Part shown: one piece after another, positions 54,047 to 64,000 of the stretch
How positions within the stretch are numbered: the first letter of the stretch is position 1
Layout: each line of letters opens with the position of its first letter
Assembly: GCA_002433065.1 (NCBI GenBank)
Contig: DJHK01000015.1
Location: forward strand, 3,784-67,783
Length of the DNA stretch: 64,000 nt
Direction of reading: 5' to 3'
Origin: Chloroflexi bacterium UBA6622
Lineage (GTDB): Bacteria; Chloroflexota; UBA11872
Notes under the pieces: model-generated
The model's input: only the letters and a program-made list of their open reading frames with translations
Database searches by the model: none
Told to the model about the DNA's origin: nothing
Made by a program: the position numbers and the translations under genes

Positions 54047-56686
54047 CTAGGCGGGACGAGACCAATACCAACTGATTCCCCGCAATTTCCCAGCCATCCC
54101 ACCAACTGATCTTACACGTTCATTTAGTCGACTCAGAATTTCTCGTGGGCCGCCAAGCAGTCGACGAATCCCAACATCTACCACAAACATGACAAGAGCA
54201 ATCACCAACAAGTGGGACCGATCGAATCGGTTCTCAGGACCGTGGAGCTTCGGCAACAACGCCACCTCACTCAAAGAGTTAAGTTGCACACCGCCCGTCA
54301 GCATCGCGACCCGACGCAGCACGTTAGGATCAGCGTTAACACGGCGAGTATCACTAGCTTCAGAAACCACTACACCGCCCACAGCACCAGTCCGATCAGC
54401 AGACGTCATTGTGTCAACCCGAATCTCGTAAACCCCAGACTCCATATCACGAAGTTCAGCCCGGTACCGACCGGGAGCGGTCTGTACGGCATTGACCTTT
54501 CGATCTTTTCCACCAGAACCAATTATGGATATTTGCACGTCACGCCCATCGACAAACTGAAGATTTATGTCAAACCAATCAACCGTGATCTGTGTCAATC
54601 CGTCGGCATAACTTGCTTCAACATACGGCACCCCTCCACGAATCCCTCCAGGCGGCGGAGCCGCCCAATCTGTCGCCTGACCAAGAAACGTTGACATCTC
54701 CCACTTGCGCCAATCGCTCGCCCAATGCGCACCGTCATCGGACGTCCATGCCACAGCACGACCACGACCAAAATGCCATTGCGCAAGGATTGGATCGTTT
54801 CGATCGGAAACCAACACTAATTCCGCTTCAGGTTTCGGACGCGTCCGAACAAACCCGGCCAACTCAGGAAAAACCTGACCGGAAAGTTCGCCGGAAAACA
54901 TCGGACTTGCAGCACGAAGCCTCGGCTGAAATTTGTACTCGGCAATTGCATACTGGCCAGCAGTTCGCGCTTCTGCTGTTAACACCCTCGGGATCGCCTC
55001 AGGATCAGGCACAAAGTAATAGCGCCCACCACCAATCCTGGCGATCTTCCTGAGAAGTTTCTGATCAGAATCCTCCCCAATCGCGATTGTGGAAACAGTC
55101 ATATCCCGTCGACGCATCGATCGGGTCAGACTCTCGAAATCGCCATGGTGAGCGCGTCCATCGGTCAAGAGAACTACATGCTTGATCGATGCATCAACCT
55201 GATCCAGCCGGGCTCGTGTAAAAAACATTGCACGATAGAGGTCTGTCGACGTACCCATCTTGATGCCGCGAATACGATCGATGACAGCAGCAACCTGATC
55301 CGCCGAAGTAAGTTCACGCGGCGGGACCACCCACTGCGAATCCAGATCGAAAGCCAGCACGCCAAGAACATCTCCTTCGTCTAACAACTCCGCCGCATCA
55401 ACGGCGGCCTCAACTGCTAGATCAAACTTGGCATTCCCCTCACTTGTCCCCACAGCCATACTGGTCGACTTGTCAATCACCAGTATCAAGGCTAGACGAG
55501 GTTCGGGTCTATCTTCGGCAGGGTCGGACCACACCGGCAAAACATCATCAAATGCAGTCCCAGAATATCCACCTACGGCATAACTATGCGGCCCACCCAT
55601 AACAATTAGTCCGTGGCCGGCTGCCACATAGCTCCTTAAAGCATCGATAGATCTCGGACCGAGGGATTCAGCAGACACATCTACAAGAATCACCACATCA
55701 TGCGCCGTCAAATTATCGTCATCCAGGTTTTCTGGCTGGACCCATCGGGCTTGTCTCCCATCGGCCAATAGCGTCGCAGCTACATCGTCATCGCTCCCTA
55801 CAACAAGCACACTGACTGGATCCAGCACATGAACGAATGTCTCAGCAACGTTATTGGATAAACGACTATCGCCATCCTCTAACAGCTCTCCACGGAGCCG
55901 ATGAAATCCTGGGGCAAGATCTAATACGCCTACTCGATATGCATGTGTGCCAGCAGCTATCGAAATTGAAGTGTCACTGACCAGCTGGCTCCCGTCCCAA
56001 ATCCGAAGACGTGCCGAAGTCTTTCGTGGAGATTCAACCCATACTCCAATCTCAGGCCTCGCACCAACTCGAACTTTTTCAGGGACTTCCAGCAGGAGTA
56101 GGGACACATCGCTGTTCCGCACAACATCGACCGGAAAAACGGATATCGGCACACCATTCGCAGCAGACATATACGCCGACGCTTCCAGAGCCGAACTATC
56201 ACCAGTTCCGTCAGATATAAGCACCAATTGGCCGCCAGCCTCCGGGTCTAGCAAACCCAGACCTGTGGCTATGGCCGAGGCGTAGTCAGTACCACGACCA
56301 TCTACGCGGTCGGATAGACCAGGAGCGGCTTGAAGCCTCTGGGGCACCGAAACCACCTTTGCTTCAGCACCGAACTGAATTACACCCACACGTCCTTGGT
56401 GATCTGTACCCGAGAGATATTCATCAATAATCTCACCGGATTTGATCCACTCTGAAGTCAACATACTGTCCGACGTATCCACCAGAAAAACTGTGGCCGG
56501 CCGACTATCACTCCCAATCCAAAACCCGGCCATTGCCAAAACCAGAGCTGTTAGCACGACTCCACGAACACCCGTTGCCAAGACCAGCCGTAACTTGGCA
56601 TGCCCACTTACGCTGGTCCGGGCCCACCACACCACAATCGGCAGCACGCCAAGAAGTATGAGCACCCATGGATTGTCAATCCCCAT
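54047..56686 (-). CDS. Large membrane-anchored double-VWA protein (Bat-like)
   Basis: N-terminal TM pair, two MIDAS-type motifs FLVDTSDSM and LVIDKSTSM, and a C-terminal TM (LLVIALVMFVVDVGI). Confidence 0.7.
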   Translation of the reverse strand: MGIDNPWVLILLGVLPIVVWWARTSVSGHAKLRLVLATGVRGVVLTALVLAMAGFWIGSDSRPATVFLVDTSDSMLTSEWIKSGEIIDEYLSGTDHQGRVGVIQFGAEAKVVSVPQRLQAAPGLSDRVDGRGTDYASAIATGLGLLDPEAGGQLVLISDGTGDSSALEASAYMSAANGVPISVFPVDVVRNSDVSLLLLEVPEKVRVGARPEIGVWVESPRKTSARLRIWDGSQLVSDTSISIAAGTHAYRVGVLDLAPGFHRLRGELLEDGDSRLSNNVAETFVHVLDPVSVLVVGSDDDVAATLLADGRQARWVQPENLDDDNLTAHDVVILVDVSAESLGPRSIDALRSYVAAGHGLIVMGGPHSYAVGGYSGTAFDDVLPVWSDPAEDRPEPRLALILVIDKSTSMAVGTSEGNAKFDLAVEAAVDAAELLDEGDVLGVLAFDLDSQWVVPPRELTSADQVAAVIDRIRGIKMGTSTDLYRAMFFTRARLDQVDASIKHVVLLTDGRAHHGDFESLTRSMRRRDMTVSTIAIGEDSDQKLLRKIARIGGGRYYFVPDPEAIPRVLTAEARTAGQYAIAEYKFQPRLRAASPMFSGELSGQVFPELAGFVRTRPKPEAELVLVSDRNDPILAQWHFGRGRAVAWTSDDGAHWASDWRKWEMSTFLGQATDWAAPPPGGIRGGVPYVEASYADGLTQITVDWFDINLQFVDGRDVQISIIGSGGKDRKVNAVQTAPGRYRAELRDMESGVYEIRVDTMTSADRTGAVGGVVVSEASDTRRVNADPNVLRRVAMLTGGVQLNSLSEVALLPKLHGPENRFDRSHLLVIALVMFVVDVGIRRLLGGPREILSRLNERVRSVGGMAGKLRGISWYWSRPA

Positions 56687-56689
56687 GCC

Positions 56690-58525
56690 TTAACGAACTC
56701 CGCGAATCCTGTTAAACAACCACCACTCACCGACCAGCACCAAGAATGCGGCTCCGACAAACCAAGGAGCTAGGTCAACTATTTCTTGAGCGACGGTTTT
56801 GCTTGTTTCGACGGGATCCATCAACAGTGGCACGTTCGAAACCATGGCAGCATCACGCCTAACCTGCGGCGAAAACTCGATAGTTGCCTCGCCCATCAGC
56901 GATTCTTGAGAAAACTGCTGCACGCTATATGGACCAGGAACGGTGACATAAAGCATTGCAACACGATCATCAGTAAATTCGGCTTGTGACCCATCGGGGG
57001 CAACTACCACTACCCGATCCGCCTGCGGGTGTCTTACCAATTGAACTGGATCAGCGGAAACAAGCTTGGTTCCGTTCGGAAGCGGCCGAAATGGATCCGC
57101 CCAACGAAGAACATTGGCCCAAAACATGGGATACCAAAACGCCTGACTCACACCAGCGTCAACCAGGTCCAGACCTACAAATACCGTTCGACGACCATCA
57201 AGAATCCCGTGGCCCACTACTGCATGGCTAGCATCACCAATATCTGCGCTGGCCCAGTCTGGAACCGTGTAGACAATATTGTTTAGCAGTTGAATATCTC
57301 GGGCATCAATCGCTCGCATAATTGGGCTCGTAGGACGAGGAATTGCAAGCAGTCCTTGTCCACCCTTCCGCTTCAATGCCAGCACCGGAACATCAGGCGG
57401 CCGAACCAATACCACTGAAGCAGGAGGAAATTCAGCCGGAACAAAACCCTCAAACACGTAAAGGTCGGCAACCCCAGGATCCTCACGAAATGCGTCGATC
57501 CCTGAAGCCACAACACTAACGCCGGGGAACGATTGCAACACACGCACGATGGGGTCTGGATCCTCTCCAACCACCATGACGCTCATCAACATCTCATCAT
57601 GAAGCGTCGCAAACACGTCATCGTCAGCATCAAACACGTCGCTTGGTGAGATCACCGAGGCTATATACGTGTCGACAACTGGCAAATCGTCTACGAACAC
57701 AGTGGTCCTTGCTCTCGGTCCAATCCGCACGTTTCTAACAACGGGAGCCTTTGATCCGGGCGAAACTCTCAGGCTCACATCAACCGGTTGACTTCCATCG
57801 TTACGAACGATGACCAACGCTTGAACACCAGCGTCTATATTTAGTCCTCTTCGAACCTCCAGTCCGTCAAGACCTACATTTGAGACGGAAGATCCAACAC
57901 CCACTAGACGAACCCCCGCGTACCCAGACGTTGGATCGCCAGACGCACTGTCTGTAAAGAGGTATATCTGACCTCCGCGATCCGGATCGGCTATAGATCG
58001 CGCAACGTCAATGGCGAGGTCCACCTGACCAACCGAACTTTCTGGACTCACTCCCTCAAGTGACCGGTCGATCACCACTCGGTCAGTTTGGTTTACCACA
58101 AGCACCCGTGGAATTCGACCAGCTGCAATCACCGTAATGCGGGCCGACTCGTCGAGCGATTGAAGAAGACGTCGTGCCGCCGTACGAACTTTATCCATGC
58201 GAGAACTACCATCAGCTTCAATCGCCATTGAAGGCGATGTGTCCATGACCAGAGCTACCGGCGACCCAAGTTCTACAGTGCCGAGCTGTTCCGGGCGAGC
58301 CAGGGCCAACGCCACGAGCACAATCGTCAATAATTGAAATAGCAACACTGCACGACGTCGAAACCATGCCAGCCACCCATCAGCCTCACGTTGGCTGATC
58401 GTTCGACGCCAGACAAGCAACGAAGCAACAACGATTCGTTGACGTCGGGGCCTCAGAAGATAAAAAGCCAGAACGAGTCCGGCCAAGGCTACCCATCCAA
58501 ACGAAGCCGCCGATCCCCAGTTCAT
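56690..58525 (-). CDS. BatA-like VWA-domain membrane protein
   Basis: The N-terminal double-TM segment FGWVALAGLVLAFYLLRPRRQRIVVASLLVW is of the aerotolerance-regulator N-terminal type. It also has MIDAS-like ALVMDTSPSM and a C-terminal TM. ATG 58525 forms an ATGA overlap with the DUF58 stop. Confidence 0.7.
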   Translation of the reverse strand: MNWGSAASFGWVALAGLVLAFYLLRPRRQRIVVASLLVWRRTISQREADGWLAWFRRRAVLLFQLLTIVLVALALARPEQLGTVELGSPVALVMDTSPSMAIEADGSSRMDKVRTAARRLLQSLDESARITVIAAGRIPRVLVVNQTDRVVIDRSLEGVSPESSVGQVDLAIDVARSIADPDRGGQIYLFTDSASGDPTSGYAGVRLVGVGSSVSNVGLDGLEVRRGLNIDAGVQALVIVRNDGSQPVDVSLRVSPGSKAPVVRNVRIGPRARTTVFVDDLPVVDTYIASVISPSDVFDADDDVFATLHDEMLMSVMVVGEDPDPIVRVLQSFPGVSVVASGIDAFREDPGVADLYVFEGFVPAEFPPASVVLVRPPDVPVLALKRKGGQGLLAIPRPTSPIMRAIDARDIQLLNNIVYTVPDWASADIGDASHAVVGHGILDGRRTVFVGLDLVDAGVSQAFWYPMFWANVLRWADPFRPLPNGTKLVSADPVQLVRHPQADRVVVVAPDGSQAEFTDDRVAMLYVTVPGPYSVQQFSQESLMGEATIEFSPQVRRDAAMVSNVPLLMDPVETSKTVAQEIVDLAPWFVGAAFLVLVGEWWLFNRIRGVR

Positions 58526-59406
58526 AAAAGAACTCCGTGCTGCCGCAGGCGACGCAGCACGATGTCTTCCACCGACCACTCGGACATGATGGGAACATAT
58601 CGAACCCTACGGCTATGGCAAAAAACCCGAAGTTCCTCGATCCATCGACTAACCGCTCGACGATAGGCGCGGAGAAGTTCCTCATGACCAAAAATCTCGA
58701 TCTCCCCGCCACTTTCTGCGTCCACCAACTGAACCTCGTCAGTAAGAAATGGATCCACAAAGTTTTCGTCAAGGACATGGAGTACTGTCAGTTCGTGCCC
58801 AGCTTTCGCCAGTCGAGTAACTGATTCCGTAGCGCTGGGAGTAAGCAGATCCGAAACAAGAATCGAAACGCCCTGAGGAAGGTCGCGAGAGTTGTAGGCA
58901 GCCACGGCTCGGGCAAGATCAGTTTCGCCAGATGGGCGTAGCCGAGCCACAAAATCAAAAAATCTTCCGACATGAGAATGCCCATGCCCAGCTGGAAAAT
59001 CAGTATCTAAGCCGATGTCGAGACTAGCTGCGGAGAGCACATCACGACCGGTGAGAACACGCCAACCAAGAGCAGCAACAACCGCCCGCGCAGTTTCAAA
59101 TTTTGACGGACGGCCAGACGCCATTGAAGCACTCGAGTCCAATAACAAATGTACAACAAGAGCTTCTTCGGATTCTCGAACCTTAACGAAAAGCTCATCA
59201 GTTCTCGCATACAAATTCCAATCGATGTACCGATAGTCATCCCCTGAGCTATACGCACGATGATCAACCACCTCAAGCGAACTGCCGCTGCTTGGACTCC
59301 GGCGGGATCCAGTGTGTGTGTAGCCATGGGATCGCCGGGAAACAATCGAAAGTTGGGCCAATCTGGCTCGAAGAACGGCATCGGGCACAAACTCCGAACG
59401 ATCCAC
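58522..59406 (-). CDS. DUF58 domain protein (MoxR-associated)
   Basis: HRAYSSGDDYRYIDWNLYARTDELFVK is the characteristic DUF58 motif. The gene lies immediately downstream of MoxR. Confidence 0.8.
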   Translation of the reverse strand: MDRSEFVPDAVLRARLAQLSIVSRRSHGYTHTGSRRSPSSGSSLEVVDHRAYSSGDDYRYIDWNLYARTDELFVKVRESEEALVVHLLLDSSASMASGRPSKFETARAVVAALGWRVLTGRDVLSAASLDIGLDTDFPAGHGHSHVGRFFDFVARLRPSGETDLARAVAAYNSRDLPQGVSILVSDLLTPSATESVTRLAKAGHELTVLHVLDENFVDPFLTDEVQLVDAESGGEIEIFGHEELLRAYRRAVSRWIEELRVFCHSRRVRYVPIMSEWSVEDIVLRRLRQHGVLL

Positions 59407-59410
59407 AAGA

Positions 59411-60412
59411 TCAGCTATGCCGGTCTCCTGCTCGTGATGTCGTCATAAGAATTTCGTCAAGAATGTTTTCAGAGGAAATGCCCTCCGCTTCCGCCTCAAA
59501 ATTGGGGAGGATCCGATGGCGCATTGCAGGTTTCGCGGCTGCACGCACATCCTCGAACGCAGCGTTGTACCGTCCGTCAAGCAAAGCATAAACCTTGGCA
59601 GCCAGCACCATGGCCTGAGCAGCACGCGGGGAACATCCATATCGCACGTAACGCCGAGTCATTCCGGGGGCAGAAGGTTTATCGGGATGGGTGGCCTCTA
59701 CAAGATCGACCACGTAACGCTCAACATGCGGAGCCACAGCAATTCGTCGAACAAACTCACTCATAGCAACCAAATCATCCGCCGTCGCAATGCGGGCAAC
59801 GGAGGGACTCGTTGCCCCGGTAGTCTGACCAAGAATCTTGACCATCTCGTCGGTTGAAGGAAACTCAACAAGTAACTTGAACATAAACCGGTCGATCTGT
59901 GCCTCTGGTAACGGGTATGTCCCTTCCATCTCGATCGGGTTTTGGGTGGCTACAACAAAAAAGGGTGGCTCAAGTCTGTGCACTTCCCGAGCAACCGAAA
60001 CCTGATGCTCCTGCATCGCCTCCAATAAAGCTGATTGCGTTTTCGGCGTGGCTCGATTTATCTCATCGGCCAAGATCAGGTTCGAAAAAATAGGTCCGGG
60101 CTCAAACCGAAATGCGGGTCTCCCTTGGTCGCCATCAATCAACACATTAGTCCCTGTGATATCAGCTGGCATCAAATCCGGGGTGAATTGAATACGACTG
60201 AATTGCAGATCAAGCACGCGTGCCAACGTTCGAACCAATTCGGTCTTTCCGAGACCAGGCACCCCTTCGATCAGAACATTACGACCCGAAATGAGACATA
60301 CCACTGTGTCTCGAATTACTTCGCGTTGGCCAATAATCACATTGCTGACTTGCTCAACAACCGCCTCCGCAAGCTCCTGGAATCTTTGAGCTTGATGTTC
60401 AGTAGTTATCAC
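59411..60412 (-). CDS. MoxR-family AAA+ ATPase
   Basis: Walker A GVPGLGKT, Walker B LILADEINRATPKTQSALLEAMQE, and the AAA_3 pattern VVATQNPIEMEGTYPLPEAQIDRF. GTG 60412 is preferred because it is non-overlapping. The ORF-track start is 60475. Confidence 0.88.
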   Translation of the reverse strand: MITTEHQAQRFQELAEAVVEQVSNVIIGQREVIRDTVVCLISGRNVLIEGVPGLGKTELVRTLARVLDLQFSRIQFTPDLMPADITGTNVLIDGDQGRPAFRFEPGPIFSNLILADEINRATPKTQSALLEAMQEHQVSVAREVHRLEPPFFVVATQNPIEMEGTYPLPEAQIDRFMFKLLVEFPSTDEMVKILGQTTGATSPSVARIATADDLVAMSEFVRRIAVAPHVERYVVDLVEATHPDKPSAPGMTRRYVRYGCSPRAAQAMVLAAKVYALLDGRYNAAFEDVRAAAKPAMRHRILPNFEAEAEGISSENILDEILMTTSRAGDRHS

Positions 60413-60419
60413 CTGAGCC

Positions 60420-61874
60420 TCATGTAGACGAGAAATATCTATAGATCGTCGGCAGGAAATCGATAGGCGTAACACGACTAAAGTCCCGACGCCCTACTGC
60501 CACTCCACCATCGACAGCATAAGACTCTTGTTGACGAATGTCGCTCGTCCCCACGTCGTTTAACCGATACGATTTCGACTCTATCCCCTTAGGAGATGGA
60601 TCTATTCTGACAACCTCCAATCGGCCGTCCACACTTAATCGCTCTTTCGAAGACAATGCCTCGATATCCCCTTCAACCAGCGTTCCCCCTGAATCCGAAG
60701 AACTCGAGCCCTTCCCAGCCACGGAACCTACCAATGATCCAGATACCTTGGACGTACCGATAGCCGCAGCCAACTGACGCTCTAAATCTCGAACCTTCCC
60801 GTCAATCTGGTTGTTTGTTTCGACGGCGACACCCATCGCCTTGAGTTTGGAGGCCAGGTCACCCATGGCAGATCGAGCGTCACCGACACGACCCCGTTCA
60901 AACGCGTCGGCCACGCTCTCTAAACGGGCAGAAAAATCCGAATCATGGGTTTTGGCTTTTTGAGCAGCCTGACGGAACCCCTCAGCAAGATTTTCCTGCG
61001 AAGCTCTGGTCAGCCCGGACGCTTGACTTGCCAAATCTTGGATTGCTTCTACTGCCGGACGAAAATCACCACTTGCAAGCGCCCTCCCAACGTGCCGACC
61101 TTCTGACGTGAGCCTTAGACTTTCGGAGGTCGCCTGAAATGCCGCACCCGCCTCAACTGCCCGAGGATCACGCTGTTGCCGTAGCTCAGAGATCGCATAC
61201 CGAAGCTGTTCAATTCGTGGGTCAACAGGTGGGCGGCGTTCATTCTGTGCCTGTCCCACAGAGCCCATAGGACCAGGCACCACCAAATCCGTTCCGACGT
61301 GCAGAGCAAACTTGCTCGGAACCAACCCCAAAACCACCACAAGCAGCCATCCGCCCAATGCACCGGCCGCTATGACTAGAAATATTTTTTCGCGGTCTTG
61401 AAACGCATACGGAAACAAATTGGATGCATCGACCGCTTCAAGCACTCGAATTGCATCGTTTTGCTGAAGCTTCCGGATTTCTGGATCCTCATGAAGATCG
61501 GGTGCAACAGCCGTTGACAAACGTTCTTTTAAATGAAGATAACGATCGTACGCCAGCGCCACTTCCCACACCGGAGGCACCACCAATAAGCGCGCGGTCA
61601 AAGTCAAACCACCAAATGTGATGATTAGTACGGTCACAAGGATTGACAGCGCTGTGGGGATAAACGCCGCAGCAAAAACACCAAGCCCAACGCTCAGCGC
61701 GGAAATTAACAAGATCACACGGGGTGCCGTCTGGAAGGTTCGATAGCGCTGCCACCGCTTAGCAAGTCGTAGCAGTCGCTGTTCGACAGGACCAACTGAA
61801 TATTCAGAGCGTCGATACATTAGAGGAGCATGCACAGAACATCGATGCATGACCGATCGGAAATACAGCCTCAT
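60420..61874 (-). CDS. Hypothetical membrane protein with a long coiled-coil/Ala-rich ectodomain, first gene of the MoxR module
   Basis: It has 2-3 TM helices (ILLISALSVGLGVFAAAFIP.., LVIAAGALGGWLLVVVLGL). An alpha-helical Ala/Arg/Glu-rich region and a Ser/Gly-rich stretch follow. I recognised no catalytic motif. Confidence 0.4.
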   Translation of the reverse strand: MRLYFRSVMHRCSVHAPLMYRRSEYSVGPVEQRLLRLAKRWQRYRTFQTAPRVILLISALSVGLGVFAAAFIPTALSILVTVLIITFGGLTLTARLLVVPPVWEVALAYDRYLHLKERLSTAVAPDLHEDPEIRKLQQNDAIRVLEAVDASNLFPYAFQDREKIFLVIAAGALGGWLLVVVLGLVPSKFALHVGTDLVVPGPMGSVGQAQNERRPPVDPRIEQLRYAISELRQQRDPRAVEAGAAFQATSESLRLTSEGRHVGRALASGDFRPAVEAIQDLASQASGLTRASQENLAEGFRQAAQKAKTHDSDFSARLESVADAFERGRVGDARSAMGDLASKLKAMGVAVETNNQIDGKVRDLERQLAAAIGTSKVSGSLVGSVAGKGSSSSDSGGTLVEGDIEALSSKERLSVDGRLEVVRIDPSPKGIESKSYRLNDVGTSDIRQQESYAVDGGVAVGRRDFSRVTPIDFLPTIYRYFSST

Positions 61875-62006
61875 CTACAGCTCCACGAACCAGATATAAG
61901 CAAGTTCTTTGATTTCAACTGCCTCATCCCCAGGCACAAATCATCGTCCTAAAACCTGCACCTGGTGGACAGCACGTCGGATGCCCTTCCCAAATATAGA
62001 TAACGG

Positions 62007-63737
62007 CTACCCGGACCTACGTGCAAGCTTCCATGATTGAGCCGAAGACAGAAGATCACGAGCAACCCTGCGACCAGCCATCGTAGATGCGCCACTCATC
62101 GCCGAGATTTCATCGACCACGTCTGAACCTTCAAGTCGTAAAACCCGGCTACGTGATTCTCCATGACTCTCGCTTTTTTCAACCACAAAATGCACGTCGG
62201 CGAACGCCGCGACGGGAGCAAGGTGCGTAATGCATATGACCTGATGCGAAATGGCTAAAGCCGCCAGTTTCTGTCCAACAATATCCCCGGCACGTGACCC
62301 TACACCAACGTCGATTTCATCGAATACCAGAGTTTCGGTGTCATCCACATCTGCCAGCACAACCTTGAGACCTAACAGTATTCTGGAACGCTCACCTTCA
62401 GACGCAACTTCAGCAAGTTTTCGCATCGGCTGGCCAGGATTAACACTGAGCAGGAATTCGCCCAGATCAACACCGGACTCGTCAAACTGGACCGGAGGCG
62501 AATCTGAATCGACCACGACACCATCCGGATCAGGTTTTCGTTCCAGTCGTGTCTCAAATTCAGCAGACGGCATGTTGAGATCTTCTAATTGCTCGAGCAC
62601 AACCGTAGCAAGGTCCTGAGCAGATTCTCGCCGCCGTTCCGACAAGTCCTCGGCCTGCCGAGCCAACTCACCTGCGAGTTGGTCTTCACGACCTTTCAAC
62701 TCTTCAAGACGTGTATCGCTGTTACGGATCGTCAGCAATCGAGAACGTGCCTTCTCTCCATAAGCAACTATATCGTCTGTCGTGTCGCCGTATTTCTGCA
62801 TCAGCAAGCCAATCATGTGTAATCGCTCGTCCACCTGCTGCAGCCGATCCGCATCCGCTTCAACTCTCTCGGCATAGGCGTGGAGTGCCAAGGCAAGATC
62901 ACTTGAGAGTTCCTGAAGCGCCGAGGCCTGATCAGCAAATCCTCGAACACTCGCATCCATAGAGGAAATCTCCTCAGCGATTTCACTCACTACGCCGAAC
63001 ACATCCTCTGTCGTCGATGAATCATCCGCCTGCAATCTTGCAGCGGCAGTTCGGGCAAGAGACTGCAATCGTTCAGCATTACCAAGCAGGCTTCGCTCTT
63101 GACGTAAGGCTTCTCCCTCACCGGCCTGTAACTGAGCCGAATCAATCTCTTCTACTTCAAATGACAACCGCTCTATCTCACGAGTCATGTCATTTTTGTC
63201 GCGTTGCAGAGATCCGATCTCCCGTCGAACCACACGCAGTTCATTGGCAAGCCGGGCCACACAAGCCCTTCGATCAAGCAACTCAGCAAACTGGTCAAGG
63301 TATTCGAGTTGCCGGGGACGCTGAAACAAGGATTGATGATCGCTCTGCCCGTGCACATCAACCAGTATCGCCCCAAGTTCAGCAAGAGCACGGACAGGTA
63401 CCGATCGCCCATTTACACGAGCAATTGAGCGACCTTCTCCAAGCACTTCCCTCGACACGATGAGAGATTCATCTGGCTCAACACCGTAGTTCTTCAATAT
63501 AGAGTCCGTCTTTGTCGAATCCGTGGCTAGATCGAATACCGCTTCTATATAAGCTGCTGCAGCCCCAGGCCGGACATCCGATGGATCAGCTCGACGACCC
63601 AAAACAAGGCCAAGCGCATCTATAAGAATGGACTTTCCAGCACCGGTCTCACCTGTGAGCACATTTAGCCCAGATGCCAGTTCCAGTTGCACTTCGTCAA
63701 CGAGCGCAAAGTCCCGGATCAAGAATCGGGACAGCAT
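62007..63737 (-). CDS. recN: DNA repair protein RecN
   Basis: N-terminal Walker A LTGETGAGKSILIDAL, a long central coiled coil, and the C-terminal LVFDEIDVGVGSRAG Walker B region. Confidence 0.93.
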   Translation of the reverse strand: MLSRFLIRDFALVDEVQLELASGLNVLTGETGAGKSILIDALGLVLGRRADPSDVRPGAAAAYIEAVFDLATDSTKTDSILKNYGVEPDESLIVSREVLGEGRSIARVNGRSVPVRALAELGAILVDVHGQSDHQSLFQRPRQLEYLDQFAELLDRRACVARLANELRVVRREIGSLQRDKNDMTREIERLSFEVEEIDSAQLQAGEGEALRQERSLLGNAERLQSLARTAAARLQADDSSTTEDVFGVVSEIAEEISSMDASVRGFADQASALQELSSDLALALHAYAERVEADADRLQQVDERLHMIGLLMQKYGDTTDDIVAYGEKARSRLLTIRNSDTRLEELKGREDQLAGELARQAEDLSERRRESAQDLATVVLEQLEDLNMPSAEFETRLERKPDPDGVVVDSDSPPVQFDESGVDLGEFLLSVNPGQPMRKLAEVASEGERSRILLGLKVVLADVDDTETLVFDEIDVGVGSRAGDIVGQKLAALAISHQVICITHLAPVAAFADVHFVVEKSESHGESRSRVLRLEGSDVVDEISAMSGASTMAGRRVARDLLSSAQSWKLARRSG

Positions 63738-63743
63738 CAACGC

Positions 63744-64000
63744 CTACCCAGAATCTGGAATGGGACGTGGCATGTCACGCGGGACCCTCCAACGCAATTT
63801 TTCGGCGAGCGTTGCATAGAAATAATCACGTTCCCGGAATCTTGCGAACCGAGCCACATGCTCCGAGGCCTGACATACAATTTTGTCACCCGACGCCACA
63901 AGATGATCGGTCTGACCATCAATCGACAATGTGGCTTCATGGGTGGTGTACACGAACAATTCAACGCGCACGTCATGCCCAACCACAATCGCGTTACTCG
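63744..64000 (-). CDS. nadK: NAD+ kinase, C-terminal part (5' end outside the window)
   Basis: The frame is open to the window edge. ..VELFVYTTHEATLSIDGQTDHLVASGDKIVCQASEHVARFARFRERDYFYATLAEKLRW fits the NAD kinase C-terminal beta-domain (..DGQ.., ..KL.W). nadK-recN synteny is conserved. Confidence 0.75.
   Translation of the reverse strand, partial: SNAIVVGHDVRVELFVYTTHEATLSIDGQTDHLVASGDKIVCQASEHVARFARFRERDYFYATLAEKLRWRVPRDMPRPIPDSG

Overview
64-kb bacterial chromosomal window. GC looks mid-range by eye and was not computed. I recognised no rRNA, tRNA, CRISPR array, transposase or integrase. There are three blocks. (i) 1-4415: a stand-alone LanC-like gene on the minus strand, cut by the window edge and absent from the ORF track. 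It is divergent from a class-III aminotransferase / SAM-methyltransferase / Gfo-Idh-MocA oxidoreductase trio. (ii) 4425-35894: one uninterrupted, co-directional (minus strand), heavily overlap-coupled 25-gene surface-glycan assembly super-operon of about 31.5 kb. It encodes a WbaP-type priming phosphotransferase, 11 GT4-type glycosyltransferases, a CgeB-like GT, a GT2, an epimerase, a methyltransferase, a hexapeptide acyltransferase, a Wzx-type flippase and a Wzm/Wzt ABC exporter. It also encodes a YfhO-like and a GT-C-like polytopic membrane protein, a radical-SAM/SPASM enzyme with a Trm112-like partner, and a 600-aa orphan. (iii) 35991-64000: housekeeping genes. These are an MBL-like gene, pyrG, purA, a Cys-less peroxiredoxin-like gene, and a PyrR-attenuated pyr operon (pyrR-pyrB-MBL-pyrC-carA-carB-pyrK). 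They continue with a GMC oxidoreductase plus small subunit, an aldo/keto reductase, a CCA-adding enzyme, a MoxR-DUF58-VWA-VWA module, recN and the 3' end of nadK. The most novel-looking signal is inside the glycan operon. A roughly 120-aa accessory module recurs in three consecutive proteins (Wzt-like ATPase C-terminus, GT2 insert, GT4 insert). Next to it sits a radical-SAM/SPASM + Trm112-like + GT-C block. The synteny (PyrR attenuator, nadK-recN, YfhO) hints at a monoderm-type lineage, possibly Chloroflexota. That is inference only. All calls come from hand translation and motif recognition, with no database search.
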